Shown here one piece after another: positions 1 to 13,515 of a stretch of DNA of 64,000 bases. Under the pieces are notes generated by a model that worked only from the letters and a program-made list of their open reading frames with translations, was not told where the DNA came from and searched no databases. Each line of letters starts with the position of its first letter. The stretch's first letter is position 1. This DNA comes from Octopus sinensis (taxonomy: Eukaryota). Where the stretch lies: assembly GCF_006345805.1 (NCBI RefSeq), contig NC_042998.1, positions 104,036,001-104,100,000 on the forward strand. Direction: 5' to 3'. The position numbers were made by a program, and so were the translations under genes.

Positions 1-672
1 TCCCACTTTGAATGGCATGCGTTTGCAATCCAGGAAGAGGAAATATCAACCAATACCTGATGCACAAAAGGGATAGAGATGCAGGAAAAGCCGTAAAACC
101 AATGCAGACTTTGTGGAGTTAACACCGAAACTATCACCCGCATCATCGGCAGTTGTCCGAAAATTTCATCACGGTATTATCTACCGATGAGACATGACAC
201 TCTATAATGAAATCCGTCGGAAGAATAATCCCGAGGACAAACAAATAAGAACCCACAGTATGGTAGAACCCATAACCACTCATAATAAAAAAGAATACTG
301 GCGGAATCTACCAGTGAAGACATCAATAAAATGTAAGCACAACAGACCTGATATAAGGATTTGGGACAAAGAAGAGAAATTGTGCACAGTTGTGGAAATT
401 AGCTGTCTAACGGATGTTAACATAAAGCTGAAGATCAGTGAAAGAGAACACCTATGCTGAACTATTGAGAAATCCGCAGATACTCTATCCAGATTACAAG
501 TTCAGGCTTATACCTGTCGTAATTGTGGCCTTGGGATATGTAACACGCTGCCTAAATACCAATCTTGAGAATTTAGGCTTCTGAAAACCAGAAAGGAGAA
601 AGCTAATTCGAAGACTACAGATACAGTCCATCTGTAAAAATCTATAAAACTTTCCAGAAGTTTATCATTTTA
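1..672 (+). mobile_element. Decayed 3' end of a non-LTR retrotransposon with restriction-like endonuclease (R4/Dong-type); truncated by the window start
   Basis: Zinc knuckle CRLCGVNTETITRIIGSCPKISSRYYLPMRHD from 103, then KHNRPDIRIWDKEEKLCTVVEISC (PD..E nuclease motif) and C-terminal LIPVVIVALGYV..NLENLGF..RRLQIQSI; frameshifts and stops present. Confidence 0.85.
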
Positions 673-800
673 AAATATATGAGGATGTCTAGATATGCAA
701 CTACATACATGAGAATACATACATAAAACATACAAATTTTGGCGTATAATGACACAAACATATCGATCTACTTTTAGAATGTAGTGATATAGTTTTGATA

Positions 801-1007
801 TTGGTTTCAACATTTGGCACACGACCAGCAGTTTGGGGGGAATGAGATAACTTGATTATATGCACTTAGTGCTCAGCTGGTACTCATTTCATCGTTCTCT
901 GAAGGATGAAATGCTAAGTCGACCTCGGAGGAATTTGAACTCAAGACGTAAAGATGGACGAAATGCCGCCAAGAAGTTTTCCCGGCGTGATAACGATTTC
1001 GCTAGTT
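801..1007 (-). mobile_element. Nin-domain-type SINE, degenerate
   Basis: Reverse complement reads gagttcaaattcctccgaggtcgacttagcatttcatccttc...aatgagtaccag, matching copies at 44.1-46.0, 48.7-49.1 and 59.4 kb. Confidence 0.7.
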
Positions 1008-2154
1008 ATAGAAACATACTGTGAAAAATGTGTGTTTAAATAATACTGAAAAATCTATAAAATGCATCACCTAAAGTAGATCGTTTAGAGGTTCGTATCT
1101 GTGCTTTCTGAATTGTAATAATTATAATACAGCTAAGGACATCCATTCAGTGTTGATAAATAATATGCAAGTCTTGTACAACTATTCTGTTTCTCCGTAT
1201 CTGCGTGTGTTTCTATTTCTGTAAAAAAAATGCCTAAGGCCAGAACTCATAAGCATAGGCTCCACCAGATCTAAAATATGTTTAAAGCATTCTCTACAAC
1301 AACGTCCTTGTAATTCCATCAGAAGATGAAAATTGAAGACAAAGCATAGCAAGGCAATATGCTTGGGTGTGTACGCGTGCACACGCGTGTGTTGCAATTA
1401 CATTCTACCGTTTAGAATATGTTGCAGCCTTTCATGTACAAAGCAAGGGTGATGGTCATTACTGGAACATCTGTCTTGGGTTTTAACATCAACAAACACA
1501 CATAAAGCATAGATGCATAGGCTAAAAACCATTGCAATGTGGTTTCTAGATACACAATATTAAAAGGTCAAATCTTGATTAGCTTTCATTACAGGTATGA
1601 CCGATAGATCACATCTAGTCTGGTACTAAGCAATAACAAAAGTTAATCTTACATCGTCTGAACAAGGGGACCTTCACGTTTAAGCGAGAGATATGAGAAA
1701 GACAGAAAGAGAGCGAGATGAAAAAGAGAGGGAGAGAGTGATATGTGTACGTTTGTACGTATGTGTGTGTCGATTATTATGAGCTTTTAAGTATGTATTG
1801 GATGTCACTGCTTATTAACACGACTGCATAAAAGATGTTTCCATGTCTAATGAGCATACTTTACAATTAAATATTCTGTTTATGAATATGTCCTTAACAC
1901 TCGCTTCATTCTCTTATGCAAGGAAAAGGTTATCATGACACGATTTAATTATATTGGCTTGTGAGCCGATTGTAACCGTGCTACACTTGATTTATCAGGA
2001 GAAATTATTCAGTGCATATGCGAGAAGGCAATATTTATTGTCATTCTGCTTATTTTTGGAAGAGTTGGTGATACAAGGGACGTAACAGACATTTACGTTC
2101 AAAGCAAACCTACAAAATATTAACCATTAATAAAAAATCCATGACTATGGGACA

Positions 2155-2157
<3 letters not shown>

Positions 2158-2237
<80 letters not shown>

Positions 2238-2252
2238 TATATATATATTATA

Positions 2253-2294
<42 letters not shown>

Positions 2295-2343
2295 TATATA
2301 TATACACATATGCATATAAATATACATATAGATAGATAGATAT

Positions 2344-2384
<41 letters not shown>

Positions 2385-2409
2385 TATAAATATACATATA
2401 GATAGATAG

Positions 2410-2475
<66 letters not shown>

Positions 2476-2606
2476 TATATATATTATATATATATGTATG
2501 TGTTTATGAGTGTATATCTATATATACGTATTATGCATGTATTTATACATACATATGTATATAAGTACATATACATATATCTGTAATACTGCATATATTG
2601 TATATA

Positions 2607-2659
<53 letters not shown>

Positions 2660-2660
2660 C
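2158..2660. repeat. Compound (TA)n/(GATA)n microsatellite with higher-order internal duplication
   Basis: Long TA arrays; the block acatataaatatacatatagatagataga occurs twice. Confidence 0.95.
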
Positions 2661-2661
2661 T

Positions 2662-3212
2662 ATATCTTCTATCTATAAAACTGAATTGCGTTTTTACCGC
2701 TTGGATCGCTTTCAATGCCACTACATCCCGTCCGATTCGCTCCAAAATTTACAGGGACATGTAGAATGAGGTGACGATGCGCGTGGGCTACCTTAGAAAT
2801 CCCTATCTTAAAAGGTGTGGTTGCTAGGGGCCATCTTCCTACCTCACCCTATTTCCTCCAGTACTCTGTCACTCCTCTTCATTTGACAATGCAACTACCG
2901 TTATTTAATGTAAAGTCTTCCTCAAATCACTGTCGCTATTTACTCTCTTCCAAGAACATTTTCACTCACTCTTATCGCTTACCTTCCTATACATTTTACT
3001 CATGTATCTATCAGCGTTCATGGACAGTAACAAATATTACATCGCCGTCCCCATCGCCATCGCATTCTATTGTCTACCTGTCAACACACACACACACACA
3101 TATATACATATATCTAATATTATATTTTTATTTTTATGTTTTTGTTTTTGGTTTTTTACTGTTTCATTTCCCTATTAGTAGTTTTATCTCTAATTTAATT
3201 TCTACAGCGTGC

Positions 3213-3248
<36 letters not shown>

Positions 3249-3770
3249 GTGGCCCCAGTACACCCGAATGAAATCGGGTTCTCTTCATCAAAATGTGAAA
3301 AGGGGTCTACAATTATCATCGCCACAACTTATGTATGTCTTCCTCACTCACTCACTCTTTTTCCTAATGATAATTATCATCGCCACCACCAACACCACCA
3401 ACACACAATCTGGACAATCTTTCTCTTATAACAAATCATGTTTACATTGCAACGACGTCTGCCACCTCCGCCGTCTCTATTTATTCTGCAAATGACCAGA
3501 ACTCGGGAAACTTGGTTTACTGTTCTATGGTCTATGACCAGAACTCGGGAAACTTCGTTGAGTGTTCTATGGTCTATGACCAGAACTCGGGAAACTTGCT
3601 TGACTGTTCTATGGTCTATGACCAGAAATCGGGAAACTTGGTTGAGTGTTCTATGGTCTATGACCAGAACTTGGGAAACTTGGTTGAGTCCTCATCTTAT
3701 AAAATGTGGCCCCAGTAGACCCAAATGAAATCGGGTTATATTAACCAAAAGGTGAAAAGGGGTATAAATG
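2662..3770 (+). mobile_element. Possible non-autonomous Helitron/HINE-like element
   Basis: Starts tctatcttctatctataaaactgaa followed by ..ccgattcgctccaaaattt; contains a duplicated 60-bp module with hairpin CCCGA-N6-TCGGG (3248-3308, 3705-3766) and a minisatellite; no CTAG terminus found. Confidence 0.35.
3492..3690 (+). repeat. 42-bp minisatellite, about 4.7 copies
   Basis: Unit atgaccagaactcgggaaacttggttgagtgttctatggtct; produces the 14-aa repeat ORF MTRTRETWxxVLWS. Confidence 0.95.
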
Positions 3771-4377
3771 GGGCTGGAAGGGGATTAAAATTTAAAGGAG
3801 CGGGTGTTTAGCAATTCTCTGTTACATCAAGCTAAAAAATTTGCTCCAGCCTTTTAATCGTCAATGTGTTGCCGTCCATGATGAAGAAGTTTTGAATGCT
3901 TGCCATCGTGAGTCTACTGTCGTGAGAAAGAATCAAGTCAAAACTTGGTTTTTAGGGATTTTCTTTTACATCAAGTTCAAAATTTTACGCCAGCCGTTGA
4001 ACTGTCAATACGTTGCTGTCCGTCGTTAAGAAATGCCAGCCATGGTGACTCTACTATCCTCAAATTCTATCCCTTCAAACTTTGGTTTCCAATATTTTAT
4101 TAGTTTTATTCAGCTCGCAAGTTCGTCTGTCCCTTTTAAATGTTAGTGTTTTGCTGTCTGTCTTGAAGCAGACCTTTCCTTTGTAAGTGCCTGATATTTA
4201 TGATTGATCTTTCTAAATATTTTATTTCTCAACTTACTCAAGATCTTTTGTTGTTTATAAATGGGAGAGAGATACATAAAGATAGAGAGTAAGAGAAAGC
4301 GAGGAGAGTCCGAGAGAAAGGAAGAGTAAGAGAGTGGGAAGTGAGAGAGAAAGGAGAAAGAAACAAAGAGGGAGACT

Positions 4378-4695
4378 CATCATCATCATCATCATCGTTT
4401 AACGTCCGTTTTCCGTGCTAGCACGGGTTGGACAGTTTGACAGGGGTCTGGGAAGCCAGGAGGCTGCACCAGGCTCCAGTCTGACCTGGCAGTGTTTCGA
4501 CAGGTGGATGCCCTTCCTAACGCCAACCACTCTGTGAGCGTAGTGGGTGCTTTTTTCGTGTCGCCTGCACAGGTGCCAGGGGGGCTGGCACCGGCCACGA
4601 TCGGTTGGTGCTTTTTACGTGCCACCAGCACAGAAGCGAGTCAAGGCGGCGCTGCAATCCGCCACGTTCGGATGGTGGTTTTTACGTGCTGAAAG
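4378..4695 (-). mobile_element. RTE-type LINE/SINE 3' end with (GAT)n tail
   Basis: (CAT)n followed by cgtttaacgtccgttttccgtgctagcacgggttggac...ggatgcccttcctaacgccaacc; the same 3' end occurs in + orientation at 54915-54962. Confidence 0.65.
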
Positions 4696-4756
4696 GAAGC
4701 AACAGAAAGTAACATCCACACTCTTACCCGCGCGTAGAGCGGGTCACCTTCAGCTA

Positions 4757-4809
<53 letters not shown>

Positions 4810-4813
<4 letters not shown>

Positions 4814-5450
4814 TAATCCAAAAGGGAAACAAAAAAACAACAACAACAGGAACAATTACAGTATTATTATTAATAGGCGCTCAGGAGATGGAAGCAGGGA
4901 GGTATGACGTTTCGAGCGGAGCTCTTCGTCGGAAACATAAAGAAGGAAGAGAGAGGAAAGAAAGATCCCAGAGCGGGCAACAGGGAAAGAGAAAAAAGAC
5001 GACTGGTGTTTACGAGTTGCACATGGTGAAAGGCGGATGTTGACGATAACAAGAGCAAAGTGGGTTTTTAAAGGCAAAAGAGTGGAGACAAGGTTGGTAA
5101 CCCAACAGATGTGTGTGTATGTGTGAGTGTGTGCGTGTGCGTCTGTGTATGTGTGTGTGTGAGGCGAGATGAAAAAACAAAAAAATATGTGTGTGTTAGT
5201 GTGTGCGTCTGTGTATAGGCGTGTGGGGTAGGGCGAGACTAATGGTCAGCTAGCAGACGAGGTCAGTAGTAAGAAAAAGAAGGAAGGAGGAAGGGAGGTC
5301 AGTAGTAAGAAAAAGAAGGAAGGAGGAAGGGAGGGAGGGGAAGGGGTGGGGGCGTATGTAGCGTGCCAGCGTGTGTTGAGTAGTAGTGTGTGTGTGTGTC
5401 CAGTGTCGTGGTGGTATTAATGTGTGCATACATACATATATATATAGAGA
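4810..5450 (-). mobile_element. Penelope-like terminal-repeat element with HHR-like core (copy 1)
   Basis: Minus strand CCGACGA-A-GAGC-tcc-GCTC-GAAAC-GTC at ~4905-4931; close paralogue of 63055-63720; end abuts (TA)n. Confidence 0.65.
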
Positions 5451-6699
5451 GAGAGTGATAAAACTTGCTTGGAAGAGGATGCGTGGCGTTCAATCACATG
5501 ATAATATCAATAATATATCTATGTATACATATATGCATACATATATATACATACCTAAATATACACGTATATAACTCATGCTTCGTATTTTTGTTGTACA
5601 TGTTTCGTGGCGTCCTGTGCCCACGTATTTATATATATGCTTGTCTACATTATACTAAATGAATATATGTATAAATACATTCATTTTATTTATTAATTAA
5701 TTGATGACAATTATAATAATGATAATAATGATAATAATAGTTTACAACTTTTATTTTTATTACAACAATATTATTTTGTTAATTCTGAAAGGATTAGTAA
5801 ATTTGCATATATACTATTTCTAGTCATTTAATTTTTTTAAATATGTATATATGCATGCATGTATATATACATGCATATGTATATTAGTACATATACATAT
5901 ATCTGTAATGCTGCATATATATGATATAATATATATATATATATATGTCGTGAGCAATTCTTTGTTATATTACTTAACTTTTACTTATTTACAGAGTAAT
6001 AATAAACGAATAATAATCCCTATTTAAGTAACTCCAAATCCGGTTACTTCTAAAAAAACTAGTAATATGTTGATATCCATTATTATAGCTTAACTCTATA
6101 TCTATGGAGTATTTAAGTTATAGTGTTTACAGCTTTAAGTTTATCTTCATATTTATTACGGAATTCTCCCTACGATAAATTAAGTAAAAAAAGATTTTTT
6201 TTTTATTAGATCTCTATTCATATTTATTACGGAATTATCCCTCCGATAAACAATAATTATAGAACATTCCTATTAGTCACATTAGACAATGTTCTTTAAT
6301 ATCAATAACTTTAAATAAATAGAAGACTTATTATATACTAAAGATATAATTATCATTTATATTTTTTTACACATTTTATTACAGTTCTAGATGAAGCAAG
6401 ACCCTGATACTTAATTATATTTACATATATATATACTAGTGTTGCATATTATAATAGCGAAATATTATCTTAGACATAAACGAGTTTGGATAAATAATTT
6501 TTGAGATATATAGAAATATATTTCGATAGTTGTAGAATTACACTTAATTATTTTGTCCATTAAAATTTTTTTCTGGTTTTTAATTGTAATTAATATGTAA
6601 TTGAATAGTTAACGCTCACGCTCATAATACATAGGTATTTGAATGATTTTTTTTTCATTCCAACCATCCTTTCACACAAAATTTCGTCTATCTTTAAAC

Positions 6700-6780
6700 T
6701 CTTCCTCTGATGAGACTTATGTATAAGGGAATTGTTTATATATAAGAAAATGCATATATAAGTCGAAACAAAATGTTGGC
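6700..6780 (+). ncRNA. Hammerhead-ribozyme core with intact stem II; stem I not evident
   Basis: CTGATGA (6707-6713), GACTTAT.../...ATAAGTC stem II, GAAAC (6765-6769). Confidence 0.5.
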
Positions 6781-6933
6781 CTTTTGATGTTTTAATGATT
6801 GTTTATGTTATTCTATGTTATGGTATATTATATTCATAGTATATTATGTTATAATATAAATAAATTACTGGATTCTCACTTGTATCTCTCTTTATAATTT
6901 TATCTCTGCAATATGTATGTATGTCTGTATGTT

Positions 6934-7220
<287 letters not shown>

Positions 7221-7684
7221 CACAGCTAAAGTTTACAAGTCTCATTCAGGGATAGCAAAATCTTATGAGAGTACTGGTTAATTACCTATGCAAAGAGTAT
7301 TGGACGTTATATTTAATACTCCACTGCAAGGTAACTATATAAACCGTGGTTTATATATATTTTTTATTTACTATAATAATAATATGAGAGAATAGAAAGC
7401 TAATTAATAAATTATTATTTATGAATTAAAAGATTGGCAACCATCCCTTACAGCTGTTTCAATTCAGGCTCTCGGAAAATTAATTAATTAAGTTAAAAAT
7501 TATTTGCAAGTCGAATCTCTATATAAAGGTATACAAAGCAGGTGTTCAATTTCCCCATATTGAACAAACGGCTGCAAATCGTCAACTGATAAAAAATGTA
7601 TACATCAAGAACATAGTATACAATTGGTAGATTCCTTACCAGGAGAGTACAGCTGTGTATATTGGAATTGCAACACAATATATT

Positions 7685-7727
<43 letters not shown>

Positions 7728-8261
7728 TGTGTGTTTGTATGAGCGTGTGCCTAGGTCGATTGAAGTAGTAGAGACGAATCTCTTCTGGGTTTGCCGAATC
7801 TCTTCTGGGTTTGCCGAAATAACAAATCTATATGTAGAAAGTCACTTTGTAGTTTTGAGCCATCCATTGATAGCAAGATCAATATATCTGCAGAAACATT
7901 GGTGGTTCACGTTATCTATATTTAGGTAGGGGTAGACAGTTTACGTACGTATTGCCTTAAAATGTAGATATAAATTAGTAAATCAAGGTACAAGTTTAAT
8001 GCATAAAATGGGCAAGGGTAATGGGTTGGTTTAAACGGACGTTTTCCTATTATATTAAGTATCAAATTTTTCATATAGTGTATTTTACGTATGTACACGT
8101 TCATGAAATTAAACTTGTACCTGTATAGAATCATATTTAATAATTCTGTTTTTTTTTGGGGTTTTTTTTGTCCGCCTCGATAAAATTTGGATTCAGACCG
8201 TAAACCTGGAAGAAACACCGCAGTTTGTGTCCAGTGTTAAAATTTGTACCTATAATATTAT

Positions 8262-8660
8262 AGGAGTGGCTGTGTGGTAAGTAGCTTGCTTCCCAACTAC
8301 ATGGTCCCGTGCTCAGTCCCACTGCGTAGCACCTTGAGCAAGTGTTTTCTGCTATAGCCCCGGGCCAACCAAAGACTTGTGAGTGGATTTGGTAGACGGA
8401 AACTGAAAGAAGCCCATCGCATATATGTGTGTGTGTGAGTGAGTGTGTGTATTTGTGCGTCAGTGCTTGTTCCAGCAACATCGCTTGACAACCGATGCTA
8501 GTGTGTTTATGTCCCTATAACTTAGCGGTTCGGCAAAAGAACCGATAGAATAAGTACTGGACTTACAAAGAATAAGTTCTGGGGTCGATTTGTTCGACTA
8601 AAGGTTGTGCTCCAGCATGGCCTCCGTCAAATGACTGAAACAAATAAAAGAATAAAAGAA
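8262..8660 (+). mobile_element. tRNA-derived SINE family A, full length
   Basis: Head ggagtggctgtgtggtaag with degenerate B-box, central ccttgagcaagtg segment, tail cagcatggcc..caaatgactgaaacaaataaaagaataaaag; at least 5 other copies in the window. Confidence 0.85.
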
Positions 8661-9935
8661 TATCTACATATATGCATGTACAGATATATAGATATGCGTG
8701 TGTATATACATACATGTATGCATGCTTGCATATATTGATATTTAAATGCATACATACTCATACAAATATACATCTATGCATTGTCAGAGAAAGTAAGAAA
8801 GTCTGTGTAAGTACGTATGTGAGTGTGTGTATGTGTGTGTGCCCTGTGTATGAATCTGTGTATGTGTGTTTGCGTATCAGCCAATTTTTTTCTGCAGGCT
8901 TCTATTTCAAATTAAAGTGCTATGTGATTTTGAAAATTTTATTTTGTTTTTGCTACTTAATTCTACATTTAGATTTTCAAATATATATACATCTTACAAG
9001 CACAAAATGAAGAAATGTGCGGAGTTCACAGCCACCAACAACACTATCAACACTGCCAACAATAGTAACGGAAGAACGAATCTGTTTGCTGTCTTTAATA
9101 GCTTTTTCATTCATGATATCCTCTGTAAGCATCGTATCAATTCAATGATATTTTATTTCATGCAACAGCAATAAATTCAATTGATAGATGTTTGTTTTTA
9201 ACACATATTTTGTCACCTATATAAACATACACATCTATGTATATATATGTATGTATCCTTGTGCATATTTATAGATTACACACATACACTTCAAAAATAA
9301 AAAGACATATTATATGCGAGGTGCATTCTCGAAATTTTGATATTTTTTAGGGGGAGCACTTATAAATGTCCTGGATAATTGTAATTTTACTATATCACTT
9401 CTGTACATTTAATAAGATTATCTGTCACATTTTGTTATTTCAAATTGAACGAGACGGCTGTAACAGCACTCTGAACACACCCTACAACAAACTACTAGTC
9501 ACAGATGGGGGAAAAGGGATCGGAGGAGCAATGCGTAACCAGCGCGCAGATAAATTTTTCTCGCAAAAACGTTAAAATACGAGTTGGCAAAGAAATTTGA
9601 ATGTTATTTTAGAGGGTTTGAAATTAAAATGAAGGAAAAATAACATAAAATGAAGATTCTTCTCTAATTTTTCACTGAAGGATCATGCGTGTTCAAAAGG
9701 AAAAAAGCCTTCTGTTTCAATAGTGTTACAGTGAAATGTTAAAATATGAGATGACAAAGAATATCAAAGGTTGTTTTAAAATGTTTTACTCATAGGCAAT
9801 TTGCATATGAGTAAAATTTGCATATGACTAAATAAATGATTATTCAAATGATAATCATGATTATCAAAAAGAAAGTGAATCAAACATAATTTTGCAAACA
9901 TACAGAGAAAGAGCCAAAGAAAAATGATTACAATA

Positions 9936-9971
9936 CCTTGCTTTCGCTTACGTGCGCAGGGTAATAACTAG
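9936..9971 (+). mobile_element. Possible Helitron 3' terminus
   Basis: Hairpin ccttgc...gcaggg followed 6 nt later by CTAG|T; the 5' end is not identified. Confidence 0.35.
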
Positions 9972-10019
9972 TCTTCAGAATGCAGTTGGGGCGTGAAAAC
10001 AATTTAGAAGCACCCTATG

Positions 10020-10410
10020 CAATGAACTTTAAAGTTAAGCTAGGCAAAAACGCAAGAGAAACTTGTGAAAAGATTATGGATTAACTTATATGTGCCGAAC
10101 ACCAGGTTTTTGCTGACATCAGGAAGATTATGATGAAACATTTTTTTTTCAACAGCAAGAGCATTATCTACGTTCACTGGATTCCTCCCTCTGACCAGAC
10201 GGTCAACAAAGTGTACACTGTGGAGGTTTTGAAGATCAGGAAGAGATTACGTCGCAGTAGGTCAAAGAACTTGCACCAACAAAATGTACCAGTCCAAAAT
10301 TTCATTCTGGTAAACAACTACTTGTTAGAGCATGAAAACTGTCCCTCACGCTCCATACAATCCAAGCCTTGCTTGAGTTTTGGTTGCTTCGCAAGCTGAA
10401 GAAGATGAAG
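10020..10410 (+). mobile_element. Mariner transposase remnant
   Basis: FKVKLGKNARET, FFNSKSIIYVHWIPP.DQTVNKVY.VEVLK and a degenerate HxPYxPxLA..F.LL.KLK motif; multiple frameshifts and deletions. Confidence 0.75.
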
Positions 10411-10419
10411 GAAGATGTA

Positions 10420-10550
10420 ACAAGGTTCCGTAGAAGAGCGTCTGCTCGTAACGTTAAACCATCTTTCTTTGCTTTCCTGAGCGTCTGCTAATACATTACA
10501 TATACCACGACCTCGCGTTGTTTTTTATTTTTCTTCTTTTGGGATTTACG
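10420..10550 (+). mobile_element. Penelope-like terminal-repeat fragment with degenerate HHR core
   Basis: CCGTAGA-A-GAGC-gtct-GCTC-GTAAC-GTT; related to 62880-63013; ends at (TA)n. Confidence 0.5.
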
Positions 10551-10606
10551 ATATATATATATATATATATATATTTAAAAAAGAGATGTGGAACACGAGT
10601 TGTGAG

Positions 10607-10862
10607 ATATAAAAAAGGAAATGAAGAAAATGCTGACAAAATAATTTAAGTAATTTAAGCAATTTAATTAGGTGAAAGTTCTTTTTACCGGTTGCGCATT
10701 TGTTATGCTTATCAAAAGTTTTTTTCGCTTATCTGAGATAAGAGGAAAAAACTTTTGATAAGCATAACAAATGCGCAACCGGTAAAAAGAACTTTCACCT
10801 AATTAAATTGCTTAAATTACTTAAATTATTTTGTCAGCATTTTCTTCATTTCCTTTTTATAT
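10607..10862. repeat. Near-perfect 256-bp palindrome (~128-bp arms, 1-nt loop)
   Basis: Centre cttatct-g-agataag at 10735; arms differ at about 3 positions; TA tracts nearby on both sides. Confidence 0.95.
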
Positions 10863-10900
10863 ATATATATACATATATATAATATAATATATATATATAT

Positions 10901-10967
<67 letters not shown>

Positions 10968-11792
10968 GTCAACATAAATATATATACATATACATTATAT
11001 ACATTTACATATAGACAATTAGATATCAATATATATATTAATACACATGCACACGCAAGTACTCACATACAGTTATAAGCATGTATACATACACAGACAC
11101 ACATACACGCACACATACACTCACAGAAACTCACCCATGCACACACACAACATACACAACTCACAAACACACAACAAAATTACACAGACTCACTCACAGA
11201 ATTTTGAAGCCTATGTATTGTTGTTTGATCGGCAAAACTGTTCCCGTGTCAACGTCGCTGTCTTCATATATATGTAATTTCCCGCGTGTCGAACGTAACG
11301 AAGTGTCCACAATAACAAAAAAACTTATTGGACAAAGTAGACTTTCGAAATTCTGTAGAAAACATATATCTACAACTTCAATATTTTTGATATTTGGTTA
11401 TGCGTTCAGGCTTAACGGTAGTTTCAGTGGAACAATGCCACGCAAAAATGCACTCACGCATAGAAACAAACATACATAAGTAAAATCGCATATATTTAGA
11501 GTTTACAGATACGCAATTGTGCGTTTATACACATTAAAAATATACATAGAACACACATACAGACTAAAACACACACACATACACACATGCATACATATAT
11601 ATATATATATACGTACAAACGTACGTACGTGCATACATACATACATGCATAGCCACACCTATACACACAAACCCATATACCTCGGATTAAATTATAGCCT
11701 GACAGTTATACACATACATACTACAACCATACTGGTATATATTCATAAAATCTATCTTGATATATATATATAGATAAGGAAATTGTATTTTC

Positions 11793-11829
<37 letters not shown>

Positions 11830-12155
11830 TGCCGCAGTGATATACATAAAAGCATTCACAAAGGCTACACATTCCGAAAATTTATATTGACCACACGCAC
11901 ACACACACAATTTTCCATTTCTTGCATACGCGCTCAAAGAAATTATAACAGTATCTAAAAATGAAACATGGATTCACGAGGCCTTGAAGCAATGGAGGGA
12001 CAGAGGGGAAACAAAAGCGAGAGAATAATAAAATGTGAGAATAAATGAAGTGACGAACCATCTTTCCTATTTACTACCATTTTATTTTCCTTGTTCTTGT
12101 TACACTTTCCTCTCCAGCCATTGTTTAAAGTCTCTTATAGTCTTTTTCTTCTATC

Positions 12156-12370
12156 ATGTATGTATGTATGTATGTATGTATGTATGTATGTATGTATGGA
12201 TGGATGTATGTATGTATGCATGCATGCATGTATGTATGCATGTAAGTATGTATGTATTTATGTTTGCATGTATGTATGTATGTATGCATGTATGTATGTA
12301 TGCATGTATGTATGTATGTATGTATCTATGTATGTATGCATGCATGTATGTATGCATGTATGTATGTATG

Positions 12371-12404
<34 letters not shown>

Positions 12405-12465
12405 TGTATGTATGTATGTATGTATGTATGTATGTATGCATGTATGTATGCATGCGTGTATGTAT
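12156..12465. repeat. (TATG)n/(CATG) microsatellite
   Basis: Direct reading. Confidence 0.97.
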
Positions 12466-13310
12466 GTGTGTGAAGTTAAAAAAGAACAGTGTAGGTCGGA
12501 TACGTTATAGTTTAACCCTTGAGAAAAATACTTGGAATGGAAAATGAGTATGGTATCTACGGATGTTTCGGACGTTCTTCCTTCCTCACAGTGAAAAGCT
12601 ACTTATCTTTTAGAAATATGCATATAAAATGGAAAAGTCGCATCTGTATTCAGAATGGATAAATATGAAATTAAATATAAAACTCAATGGTTACTTCTTG
12701 TGTCGCTCATCTTATTTCGTACGAAATATATATTCACGTACGGATCATTTAGGAGACATCTTTCATTACATGTAAGATTGAGCTTAGAAATGGAAAAAAT
12801 GCCAAATTGGCAATGTAATCGAAATAAACATATCAAATACTTAGATAAATCAGATATTCATCTACTAATGTCTTCGCAGATAACTTGAGACAGATTTTGC
12901 AGTTAATAGAATTTGAACCCTGAACCCTGTGAGCTGGAACAAATACTGAAAGTTTTCAATTTCAGAAAGATTTTAATAAATGTTTTCATATATACATACA
13001 GCCAAACTGAGAATATTTCGTCTCAGTTTCTTTTTCTTTTTATTAATATGGTGCTCCGTTGGCTACGTACCTTTTGACATTTTTCAGTGACATGTAACCT
13101 ATAAGAAATCAAATTGTTCACACCTGACGTTCAAGGCAATATGCAGAACCTATACCGGAAATGATGTGAATATCTATAAAAAATATCATACGGTGATATT
13201 CCTTCTCCATGCAATTTTGAATTTTTACATCCACACACATCATCATCATCAGACACACACATTATCACACATACGCACATGCATGCACAATACACTCAGA
13301 TTCACACACG

Positions 13311-13341
<31 letters not shown>

Positions 13342-13416
13342 ACACACACTCACACGCACGTAAACACATTTGTGTAAAATTCTAGTACAAAGTAAGGTTT
13401 GCCTAATAACCCAAAT

Positions 13417-13515
13417 AGGTGCAGACATGGGTGTGTGGTAAGAAGTTTAATTCCCAACCATATGGTTCCGGGTTCAGTCCCACTACATGTCGTCTTGGGT
13501 AAGTGTCTTCCACCT
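13417..13515 (+). mobile_element. SINE family A head fragment
   Basis: gacatgggtgtgtggtaagaag...ggttccgggttcagtcccac..cttgggtaagtgtcttc. Confidence 0.7.

Noticed and set aside
3492-3690. CRISPR-like appearance of regularly spaced repeats
   Set aside because: Contiguous 42-bp tandem units with no unique spacers, no cas genes, and a eukaryotic context
7986-8122. 15-bp inverted repeats suggesting a small MITE
   Set aside because: No TSD, and a third partial copy at ~8240 makes the boundaries ambiguous
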